The notes under the pieces are model-generated. The model was not told the DNA's origin and made no database searches. It saw only the letters and a program-made list of their open reading frames with translations. Below are positions 11,217-18,859 of a DNA stretch of 25,606 nucleotides, one piece after another (the stretch's first letter is position 1; the number at the start of each line of letters is the position of its first letter). The DNA lies in contig JBEKXF010000012.1 of assembly GCA_049512315.1 (NCBI GenBank), positions 62,001 through 87,606 of the forward strand, given 5' to 3'. Source of the DNA: Candidatus Aminicenantales bacterium (GTDB lineage Bacteria > Acidobacteriota > Aminicenantia > Aminicenantales > Saccharicenantaceae). The position numbers and the translations under genes were made by a program.

Positions 11217-14200
11217 ATGACCCGTGATTCTCACCACCGCCTTGCCGCATACTCAAAAGACGTCCTTACGCCTGTCGCCCAAGCCGTGCACAGAGCGTGT
11301 TTTATTGCACGCGGCTCGCCACGACCCTCCTTTATCATCTTTCTCCTCTTGTTCCCGCTCCTCGCCACCCTTTTCGCCACCCTGCTCGCCCCTCCCCTGC
11401 TCTCGGTCCAGCAGGTCGACCAGCGCCTCTTTGCCGAGATGCATTGGCGCTCGATCGGCCCTTACCGCGGCGGCCGCACCCGCGCCGTGGCCGGCGTCCC
11501 CTCCCAGCCGAACGTCTTCTACATGGGCGTATGTAACGGCGGCGTCTGGAAGACGACCGACTACGGCCGCGTCTGGCGCCCCGTCTTCGACGACCAGCCG
11601 ACCGGCTCGATCGGGGCCATCGCCGTCTCGCCCTCGAACCCTAACATCGTCTACGTCGCTTCCGGCGAGGGCCTCCAACGGCCCGACCTATCCGTCGGCG
11701 ACGGCATCTACAAGTCAATCGACGCGGGGCAGACGTGGACGCACCTTGGGCTACGCGACGGCCAGCAGATCCCGCAGATCATTGTCGACCCCCGCAATCC
11801 CGACCGCCTCTTCGTCGCGGTCCTCGGCCACCCATACGGCCCGAACGAAGAACGCGGCATCTACCGGTCCCTCGACGGCGGCCAGACTTTCGAGCGCGTC
11901 CTCTATAAGGATGAAAATACAGGCGGCTCGGAGCTCGCCTTCGACCCGTCCAATCCCGACATCATCTATGCCGGGCTCTGGGAATCGCGCCAGGGGCCCT
12001 GGGAGAACGCCGACTGGAGCGGCCCGGGCGGCGGCCTCTTCAAGTCGACCGACGGCGGGACGACCTGGCGCAAACTCGAGCCCGCCGCTCCCGACGCGGC
12101 CATCCAGGTCAATATCGGCATCGTCCCGTCCAACCCGCGCCGCATCTACGCCGTGATCGCCCTCGCCCGCGGTACGGGCCTCTTCCGCTCGGACGACGCC
12201 GGCGAGACCTGGACACGCGCCTCCGACAATCGCACCGGCTCCCGCATCGGCGGCGGGGACCTCCCGCGGATCGCCGTCCACCCCACGGACCCGGACACGG
12301 TCTTTGTCGTCTCCACGGTCTCCTGGAAATCGACCGACGGCGGCCGCACCTTTAAAGCGTTCAAGGGGGCCCCGGGCGGCGACGATTACCAGAACCTCTG
12401 GATCAACCCCACGAACCCCGACGTCATCCTCTATGCGAGCGATCAGGGTGCCTCCATCACCGTCAACGGCGGCGAGACCTGGAGCTCCTGGTACAACCAG
12501 CCGACGGCCCAGCTCTACCACGTCGCGGCCGACAACGCCTTTCCCTACCACGTTTACAGCGGCCAGCAGGAGAGTGGCTCGGCCGGCGTCTCGAGCCGGG
12601 GCGACGACGGCCAGATCACCTTCCGCGACTGGCACCCCGTCGGCGTCGACGAATACGGCTACGCCGCCCCCGACCCGCTCGACCCGGACATCATCTACGG
12701 CGGATCGAGGGTCATCCGCTACGACCGGCGCACGGGCCAGGTCCAGAGCGTCGGGCCGAAGCCCGTCCGCGCGCCCGATTGGCGGACGATCCGGACCCAA
12801 CCGGTCGTCTTCTCGACGGTCGATCCTCACACGCTTTATTTCGCGTCGAATACCCTCTGGAAAACGCGCGACGGCGGCCACTCCTGGCAGCAGATCAGCC
12901 CCGACCTGACTCGCGAGACCTGGGACGTACCGGCGAGCGTCGGCAAGTATAAGGACGACCCGTCGGCCAAGCCGGTGCGTCGCGGCGTCATCTACACCAT
13001 CGCGCCGTCCTATGTCGACATCAACCGCATCTGGGTGGGCACGGACGACGGGTTGATCCACGTGACGGCGGACGGCGGGCAGCACTGGACGGACGTGACG
13101 CCGTCCGGGCTCGTCCCATGGGCTAAGGTCTCGGTCATGGACGCCGGCCGCTTCGACGCGCAGACGGCATACGCCGCCGTCAACACCATCCGACTCGACG
13201 ACATGCGGCCGCACATTTTCCGGACCCACGACGGCGGAAAGACATGGGCCGAGATCGTAAGCGGCATCCCGGGCGGCACGACGGTGAACGCCGTCCGCGA
13301 GGACCCGGTGCGCAAGGGTCTTCTCTTCGCGGGCACGGAACAGGAAGTCTTCGTCTCGTTCGACGACGGCGACCACTGGCAGTCGCTGCGGATGAACATG
13401 GCGGCGAGCTCGGTGCGCGACATCATCGTCAAGGACGACGACCTGGTCGCGGCGACGCACGGAAGAGGGTTCTGGATCCTCGACGACATCACGCCGCTCC
13501 GACAGCTTGACCAGGCGGTGACGACGGGCGAGGCGATGCTTTTCAAGCCGCAGACCGCGGTGCGGGTGCGCTGGAACATGAATACGGACACGCCGCTGCC
13601 GCCCGACGAGCCCGGCGGCGAGAACCCGCCGGAGGGCGCCATCATCGATTACGCGCTGAAGTCCGATGCGGCCGGATCGGTGACGCTCGAGGTCCTCGAT
13701 GGCGCGGGGAAAGTCGTGCGGCACTACTCGAGCGAAGATAAGGTTGCGGAGATCCCGGCGCCGGAGGCCGCGCCCCTTCCGCTCTACTGGTACCGGCCGC
13801 CGCAGGTGCTCAAGGCCACGGCGGGCATGCACCGCTTCCTCTGGGACATGCGCTGGCAGCCCCTCCCCGGCGGAGGCTTTCGCGGCGGTCTCGGGATGGC
13901 GGCCATCGCCCACAACACGGCTCCCGCGCCGAATTCGATCTGGGCCGCGCCCGGCTCGTACATGGTGAAACTTACGGTGAACGGCAAGGCGCTCACTCAA
14001 CCGATCACGCTCAAGATGGACCCGCGCGTGAAGACGCCGGCGGCGGAGTTGGCCAGGCAGCATGAGCTGTCAAAGGCGATGTACGACGGCGTCCTCGAGA
14101 CCCAGGCCGCGCTCCGGAAGATGCGGGACTTGCGCGCCCAGGTCAAGAAGGTTCAGGAGAAACTTGGAGCGGGCGGTGGCGCGGCGGCCGGCCAAGGGCA

Positions 14201-14651
14201 GGGTCAAGGCACCAGCCAAGGCGTGGCACAGGAGCCGAGTGTGATCGCGGCAGCGGGCCAGAGGAAACTGACCGTCGCTGAGGCGCTGGCCGAGTTCGAC
14301 AAGAAAGCGGCTGCTCTCGAGGGCGGCGCGGGTGGCGCCGGCGGCCGCGGCGGAGCCATGGGCGGCCCGATGGCCGCTCCAACGGGCATGGGGCCGGGCG
14401 GTCCGGGAGGAGGCGCTGGCGGTCAGGACACCCTGGCCGGGATCAGCGGGTCGCTCAATCAGCTGATGAGCCTGCTCCAGGCGGCCGACGCCGCGCCGAC
14501 GACTCAGGCGATCGCCGCGGTCACGGAAAGACGTGAGGCCCTGCGCACGCTGATGGCGAAGTGGGACGCGTTCAGAACGAAGGATGTCACGGCGCTCAAC
14601 GCCCTGCTCAAGGGAGCAAACCTGCCGGAGATCGCACTCGACCGGCAATAA
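11217..14651 (+). CDS. Secreted BNR/Asp-box (VPS10/sortilin-like) beta-propeller protein, putative glycosyl hydrolase
   Basis: WRSIGPYRGGR start of the mature domain; many Asp-boxes (TTDYGRVW, SIDAGQTW, STDGGTTW, SDDAGETW, TRDGGHSW, THDGGKTW, SFDDGDHW); ATHGRGFWILDD; helical C-terminus. Start set at ATG 11217 after AGGAGG; TTGACA at 11149. Confidence 0.88.
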   Translation: MTRDSHHRLAAYSKDVLTPVAQAVHRACFIARGSPRPSFIIFLLLFPLLATLFATLLAPPLLSVQQVDQRLFAEMHWRSIGPYRGGRTRAVAGVPSQPNVFYMGVCNGGVWKTTDYGRVWRPVFDDQPTGSIGAIAVSPSNPNIVYVASGEGLQRPDLSVGDGIYKSIDAGQTWTHLGLRDGQQIPQIIVDPRNPDRLFVAVLGHPYGPNEERGIYRSLDGGQTFERVLYKDENTGGSELAFDPSNPDIIYAGLWESRQGPWENADWSGPGGGLFKSTDGGTTWRKLEPAAPDAAIQVNIGIVPSNPRRIYAVIALARGTGLFRSDDAGETWTRASDNRTGSRIGGGDLPRIAVHPTDPDTVFVVSTVSWKSTDGGRTFKAFKGAPGGDDYQNLWINPTNPDVILYASDQGASITVNGGETWSSWYNQPTAQLYHVAADNAFPYHVYSGQQESGSAGVSSRGDDGQITFRDWHPVGVDEYGYAAPDPLDPDIIYGGSRVIRYDRRTGQVQSVGPKPVRAPDWRTIRTQPVVFSTVDPHTLYFASNTLWKTRDGGHSWQQISPDLTRETWDVPASVGKYKDDPSAKPVRRGVIYTIAPSYVDINRIWVGTDDGLIHVTADGGQHWTDVTPSGLVPWAKVSVMDAGRFDAQTAYAAVNTIRLDDMRPHIFRTHDGGKTWAEIVSGIPGGTTVNAVREDPVRKGLLFAGTEQEVFVSFDDGDHWQSLRMNMAASSVRDIIVKDDDLVAATHGRGFWILDDITPLRQLDQAVTTGEAMLFKPQTAVRVRWNMNTDTPLPPDEPGGENPPEGAIIDYALKSDAAGSVTLEVLDGAGKVVRHYSSEDKVAEIPAPEAAPLPLYWYRPPQVLKATAGMHRFLWDMRWQPLPGGGFRGGLGMAAIAHNTAPAPNSIWAAPGSYMVKLTVNGKALTQPITLKMDPRVKTPAAELARQHELSKAMYDGVLETQAALRKMRDLRAQVKKVQEKLGAGGGAAAGQGQGQGTSQGVAQEPSVIAAAGQRKLTVAEALAEFDKKAAALEGGAGGAGGRGGAMGGPMAAPTGMGPGGPGGGAGGQDTLAGISGSLNQLMSLLQAADAAPTTQAIAAVTERREALRTLMAKWDAFRTKDVTALNALLKGANLPEIALDRQ

Positions 14652-14670
14652 CAATAAAACGGTAATAAAA

Positions 14671-14762
14671 CGGTGACACACAACTAATTACCGAAATTCG
14701 GAGAGGGTCGCGGCCATCGCCGCCGGCATGAATTAAGGTAATTAGTTGTGTGTCACCGAATT
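14671..14762. repeat. Inverted pair of REP-like elements (copies 2 and 3), REPIN-like doublet between convergent genes
   Basis: CGGTGACACACAACTAATTACC (14671-14692) and GGTAATTAGTTGTGTGTCACCG (14737-14758) form a perfect 22-bp inverted repeat with a 44-bp spacer. Confidence 0.9.
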
Positions 14763-14770
14763 AGATTGGC

Positions 14771-15793
14771 TCAGACAAAGAGCCGGAAGCCTCTCCGCTG
14801 GCTGGTCCCGACCATGTGCCCTGAAGCCTCAACTTCCGACGTGCTGAAGAACGCCATGTGGACGACCTTTTCGTCCACGGCCAGGGCCGACCCGACGATC
14901 CCTTTCCCGGAATAGCGGTACGACCAGCCCATGCCGACCGACTCGTATCTCTTTTCCTCGCACTCAGCGGCTCTCTTCAGGAAGGCCCGGGCGTGTTCCG
15001 CATCGGGCAGGGCTGCCGCCTTATTGGCATCGTCCTTGGCCTTGCCGGCTTTTTGCCGCTCCCGGACGAGCATCGCCTCCATGGCGTAGCTCTTGATGAG
15101 CTTAGGATAAAGGACGCCGAACGCCTGGCCGCGCGAAACGAAATCCATTCCGGCCGCCTTGCCATCGATGAAGATGAGGATCCCCTTCTGACCGTCGACA
15201 GCGCGGAAATTCTTCAGGTAATCGTCGAGTGCGGCCCCCTTGGCCTCGAAAACGTCCTTCATGGCCCCGGTGCTCGAATGGACGCCCGCGGCCTCCTCCA
15301 TCCGGGCGACGCCGTCCCAGACCCCGCCCTGGTTTCCCTGGTATTTCCCCGAGATCCGGAGCGACGCGTTGACGCTCCTCATGTTGAGCTCCCGGAGCCC
15401 CGGGGCCATGTGGTGGCCTGATTCGTGAAAGACCTCGGACACGTAGCTCCATCTCCCGTGCTCGGTACAGCTCACGGGGACCTTCGTGGCCGACTTCGGA
15501 GCGACGAGGATCGTGGTGTTGAGCACCCGGTTCTGCTTCGCGCCGGCCAGCTCCTCGCCGTCGATCATGAGCACGGCGACGTCGCCTTTATTTTCGACCT
15601 TGAGCTCGGGGACCGAGCCGCCCTCGCTCACCTCGGTGACGACGAACACGCCCTTCTCGAGCGCTTCCCTGAGAGTGATGTAATCCGGTCCCCCGTCAAG
15701 CGACGTCAAGAGCGGAAAAACCGCCATGTTCTCGAAGCCCTGAAACGCGCCGAGCTCCATTCCCAGAAGATAAGAATCGACAGACTTTCCCAT
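14771..15793 (-). CDS. ARPP-1 / DUF6569-like protein
   Basis: Signature VTEVSEGGSVPEL...DGEELAGAKQNRVLN...VPVSCTEHGRW and QGGVWDGV, recognised from memory of this family; AAGGAAGG RBS upstream. Confidence 0.75.
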   Translation of the reverse strand: MGKSVDSYLLGMELGAFQGFENMAVFPLLTSLDGGPDYITLREALEKGVFVVTEVSEGGSVPELKVENKGDVAVLMIDGEELAGAKQNRVLNTTILVAPKSATKVPVSCTEHGRWSYVSEVFHESGHHMAPGLRELNMRSVNASLRISGKYQGNQGGVWDGVARMEEAAGVHSSTGAMKDVFEAKGAALDDYLKNFRAVDGQKGILIFIDGKAAGMDFVSRGQAFGVLYPKLIKSYAMEAMLVRERQKAGKAKDDANKAAALPDAEHARAFLKRAAECEEKRYESVGMGWSYRYSGKGIVGSALAVDEKVVHMAFFSTSEVEASGHMVGTSQRRGFRLFV

Positions 15794-15824
15794 TTGTTTT
15801 TTCCTTCCTTTTTGATTTGCGATT

Positions 15825-15892
15825 AAAAAACCCTTAGCGACAACCGCAGCCGCCCGCGCAACCGCCCGGGCGACCGGCCTCGACCGCTAAGG
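15825..15892 (-). terminator. Long hairpin followed by a U6 tract (terminator/attenuator-like)
   Basis: CCTTAGCG (15832-15839) / CGCTAAGG (15885-15892) close a G-U-rich stem on the minus strand, followed by GTTTTTT. Confidence 0.5.
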
Positions 15893-15936
15893 AAAACCGG
15901 TTTTGAAGCACCCCATCATTGACCTCCCTTTTCCGA

Positions 15937-17370
15937 TTAGAATATATCTCCGATTTCGTTCTTCAATTCTCCGGCCGGAACGCCGGCCATCGCCGCCGCC
16001 CTCTCCACGTCCAGGATGTTCGCGGCCACCGCGTAGTGGAGAAGCCGCCGGAACCTCGTCGCCCGTTCCTTTCCTGCATATTCCACGGGCTCGACCGTCA
16101 GCCAGCCCTTCGCCTTGACCGTCTCGCGGAACGACCTCAACTGCCGGTCGCTCACGAGCCCCAGGGCATGGGCCCGATACATGATCGCCTGGAGCGAGAT
16201 CCCGAAGGTCTCCTTGATCTCCCCGAGATCGCCCAGGCTGACCTTTCGCCGCGCTGGCGCGAACGCTCTCTCAAGAGCGGCCTTGGGGAGCAGAAAAGCG
16301 GCGGCGAAAGCGTGGCACAGACTCTCGGGGCTCTCAGGACTCTCGCTCCCCGGAAACTCGCACAGAATATGGGCCAGCTCGTGGGCCGCCGTGAAGCGGA
16401 CCCTATCGGCGGGAAACTCCATGCTCACCGCGACAAAGGGAACGCTCCCGAACCTCCCGGAAAGGCCGTCGAACCCCTCGATGCCCCGCGTCTCATAAAC
16501 CCTGATGGCTTTGTCCTCGAGAAGGCCCAGAAGATTCACGATGGGGCCCGAGCCGAGATCCCATCTGCGCCGGATTTCGGCGGCCGCGGCTTCGACCTCT
16601 TCGCCCGTCCTGACGGGCATGCTGCCGGCGGGATTCGTGAAGGCGATTTCCGACCCGAGGATCGCTTCGAGCTCCAGGCATTTTTGGAGATAATCGGCGA
16701 TCCGGTACTTCAGGGCGGAGGCCGATTTGACGGGCAGACGCTCGCCCTCCCTGAAGCGGATCCGGTTCATCACGGAGTCCGATTCCCAGGCGCGGGAGTA
16801 CCTGGCCCGCCTTTCGGCGAGAGAGGCGATATCGCCCGCGAACATGTGGAGGTGGTCCGGGGGCTTTTGCGGGCTCTCCCGGTTCAGGCAGGCCGCTTGC
16901 GGAGGACTCCCGGGGCGCGGGCCCGCGGCCGGCGGTTCCTCGTCTCGCACGGCCTTTATGCTGAAGCATACATCATTCCGGGTGTCATCGTCCTCAGTCC
17001 CCCGCTTCATCACCAGATTCCGGAAGAGGCTTCGCTTCATCAAGGCCGGGCGCTCGCCCTCTTCCCGCCTGATTTCGGGCGATGCTTTCATAGCTCGCAT
17101 GTCCGGCGGTTCCGACGGCTCGCTTTCCTCCACGAACAGCGGCGCAGAAGACGGCAAAGGCGCGATTTCCAGGACTTGCGTCAACCGCTCGAGGACCTCG
17201 GGCGAGGGCATCATCCGGCCCATTTCGTACTTCCCGATGGCCTGCTTGGTGACCATCCCTCCGATCCGCCGAACCAGGTCCTCCATGCTGAGCCCGGCTC
17301 TCTTACGGGCGGCCCTCAGACGGAGGCCAAAGGGGGTCTCCGGACTCTTGGCTCCTGGGTTGCTGGTCAT
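15937..17370 (-). CDS. XRE-family HTH fused to ImmA/IrrE-type (M78) zinc metallopeptidase
   Basis: N-terminal HTH (LRAARKRAGLSMEDL...TKQAIGKYEMGRMMP); RVRFTAAHELAH (HExxH); E..CHAFAAAFLLP; FGISLQAIMYRA. Confidence 0.92.
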   Translation of the reverse strand: MTSNPGAKSPETPFGLRLRAARKRAGLSMEDLVRRIGGMVTKQAIGKYEMGRMMPSPEVLERLTQVLEIAPLPSSAPLFVEESEPSEPPDMRAMKASPEIRREEGERPALMKRSLFRNLVMKRGTEDDDTRNDVCFSIKAVRDEEPPAAGPRPGSPPQAACLNRESPQKPPDHLHMFAGDIASLAERRARYSRAWESDSVMNRIRFREGERLPVKSASALKYRIADYLQKCLELEAILGSEIAFTNPAGSMPVRTGEEVEAAAAEIRRRWDLGSGPIVNLLGLLEDKAIRVYETRGIEGFDGLSGRFGSVPFVAVSMEFPADRVRFTAAHELAHILCEFPGSESPESPESLCHAFAAAFLLPKAALERAFAPARRKVSLGDLGEIKETFGISLQAIMYRAHALGLVSDRQLRSFRETVKAKGWLTVEPVEYAGKERATRFRRLLHYAVAANILDVERAAAMAGVPAGELKNEIGDIF

Positions 17371-17384
17371 CTTTTCTCCATTAG

Positions 17385-17420
17385 GTTGACAATATACAAC
17401 ACTAATTGACGTTTGTCAAC
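17385..17420 (-). promoter_or_regulatory. Sigma70 promoter with overlapping palindromic operator
   Basis: Minus strand TTGACA(17419-17414)-N17-TATATT(17396-17391); inverted repeat GTTGACAA-N20-TTGTCAAC, with nested TTGAC-GTTT-GTCAA at 17406-17419. Confidence 0.7.
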
Positions 17421-17442
17421 TATTATTTTTAAGGGGTAGAAT

Positions 17443-17712
17443 TCAATAATGATAACGGGCTTGGAGGAAATCGATGCGCTCGTCTCTCACCAGGTAAACG
17501 ACGCGGTGCTCGAGGCTGAGCCGCCTTGACCAAATGTTCGGTCCTAAGTACTTCAGGGGCTCAGGCTTGCCGAGTCCCGAGAACGGGTCGCGCAGGACGT
17601 CCAGGACAATCTCAATAACCCGGACAGCGTTCCTCCTGTCTTCCCTGATCCAGTGCTGGAGGTCCTTGAGAAAATCCGGGTCGAAGACCGCCTCACGGTT
17701 TTTTCCAGCCAC
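17443..17712 (-). CDS. yoeB: Txe/YoeB-family toxin
   Basis: DPFSGLGKPEPLKY, WSRRLSLEHRVVY and C-terminal QARYHY are diagnostic; overlaps the antitoxin 3' end. Confidence 0.95.
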   Translation of the reverse strand: MAGKNREAVFDPDFLKDLQHWIREDRRNAVRVIEIVLDVLRDPFSGLGKPEPLKYLGPNIWSRRLSLEHRVVYLVRDERIDFLQARYHY

Positions 17713-17995
17713 CGGCCACCTCGTCGCGGAGTTTCTCGATGTCCTCGATGGTCATGCGGATCCCGCCTTGACCCTTGAGGGCTCTTCCGAGGGCGCCGAG
17801 GAGGCGCATCGCGTTTCGCGGCGAACGCAGGAGGTGGGCCGTTTCGAAGAGGCTCGTCGCGTCCTTCTCTGAGATCATCACGACGCTATCGCCACGGCGT
17901 CTCTTAATGATGACCGTCTCCTGGTTCTTGGTGACCTCGTCGAGAAGCTTGGACAGGTTCTGCCGGGCCTTGGAATAGGTGGTGTGGATAGCCAT
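17693..17995 (-). CDS. yefM: Phd/YefM-family antitoxin
   Basis: TYSKARQNLSKLLDEV...ETAHLLRSPRNAMRL; start set at ATG 17995 because the longer ORF runs through the promoter/operator. Confidence 0.93.
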   Translation of the reverse strand: MAIHTTYSKARQNLSKLLDEVTKNQETVIIKRRRGDSVVMISEKDATSLFETAHLLRSPRNAMRLLGALGRALKGQGGIRMTIEDIEKLRDEVAGGWKKP

Positions 17996-18011
17996 GGGTC
18001 TTTTCCTGATT

Positions 18012-18050
18012 TGTACAATATTATTGTACGTATCCACGGCTTCCTGTCAA
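18012..18050 (-). promoter_or_regulatory. yefM-yoeB promoter and operator
   Basis: Minus strand TTGACA-N16-TACAAT; palindrome GTACAATA-T-TATTGTAC (18013-18029) with TGTACA/TGTACG cores, as in characterised yefM-yoeB operators. Confidence 0.8.
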
Positions 18051-18085
18051 ATAGAAAGACGCGGATCAACGCGGGCGGTTCTCAG

Positions 18086-18118
18086 GAATTTCGGTAATTA
18101 GTTGTGTGTCACCGAATT
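18086..18118 (+). repeat. REP-like intergenic element, copy 4
   Basis: Identical over 33 bp to 2841-2873; its end ACCGAATTA is tandemly duplicated (18111-18128). Confidence 0.9.
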
Positions 18119-18192
18119 AACCGAATTAAGTCCATGCGCATTCCTTGGCGATGAGAAATCTCTGGCTTTGGTTGCGTCATTAGGCATGGGTA

Positions 18193-18221
18193 TTGACAAC
18201 TTAGAAACACGGAGGTATTGT
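18193..18221 (+). promoter_or_regulatory. Putative sigma70 promoter of the AbrB-type TA pair
   Basis: TTGACA-N17-TATTGT, followed by TAAGGAG RBS before ATG 18250. Confidence 0.65.
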
Positions 18222-18249
18222 AAGAATATAGGAAAGTAAGGAGCGTGAC

Positions 18250-18513
18250 ATGGAGATCACTGAAATCGCCAAGATGACATCAAAAGGACAGGTTACCGTT
18301 CCCGCCCCTATCCGCGATATCTTCAACCTGAAAAAGGGCTCAACCGTGGTCTTCAAGGTTACGGACAAAGGCGTCTATTTCATGCCTTGTGAAATAACAG
18401 AGCGGAAAACCTACACGCAAGAGGAATGGGGTAAAATCGAACGTCTAGTGGCCGAACGCGGCAGGACCTATAGAAGCGCCAAGGGAGCCACGAAGCACCT
18501 AAAATCTCTGTGA
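18250..18513 (+). CDS. AbrB/MazE/SpoVT-family DNA-binding protein, putative antitoxin
   Basis: KMTSKGQVTVPAPIRDIFNLKKGSTVVF swapped-hairpin motif; GTGA overlap with the next gene. Confidence 0.9.
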   Translation: MEITEIAKMTSKGQVTVPAPIRDIFNLKKGSTVVFKVTDKGVYFMPCEITERKTYTQEEWGKIERLVAERGRTYRSAKGATKHLKSL

Positions 18514-18788
18514 GATATGAATTCAAGCCATCGTTCGACCGGTCTATAAAATCACTTCATCCCAAACAGAAGGACGAGATCAGGCGGGTTTGTCTTGCTT
18601 TTCTAGAGTTGTTAGAGGCACAAATCCCTCTGCCGGCTGGAATCGGCCTAAAACGACTTCAGGAAGATTTCTGGGAGGTCCGGCAGCGTCTCCATAACCG
18701 GATCTTATTCCGCTGGAGGCATGATCTCATAGAATTCGTCCTGGCGGGAGACCATGATTCGATCAAAGACTTTCTCAAGAATTGCTGA
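18510..18788 (+). CDS. Putative RelE/ParE-superfamily toxin
   Basis: 92 aa; FKPSFDRSIKSL start, LKRL..DFWEVR, RILF, GDHDSI end; translationally coupled to the AbrB gene. Confidence 0.75.
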   Translation: MRYEFKPSFDRSIKSLHPKQKDEIRRVCLAFLELLEAQIPLPAGIGLKRLQEDFWEVRQRLHNRILFRWRHDLIEFVLAGDHDSIKDFLKNC

Positions 18789-18859
18789 TCGAAGAAGTAT
18801 TGCGCTCCCTTTCCAGATTCCAGATTGCATCGCCAACGTTTTTTAGAGAGAATGCGACC

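Noticed and set aside
11751..14063. 770-aa minus-strand ORF
   Set aside because: Antisense to the BNR gene; expected from strong G/C third-position bias.
16321..16347. Imperfect 9-bp triple repeat encoding SESPESPES in the peptidase domain
   Set aside because: Short in-frame slippage in a probable loop; no sign of phase variation.
15919..17409. 496-aa plus-strand ORF
   Set aside because: Antisense to the XRE-ImmA gene; no motif or RBS support.
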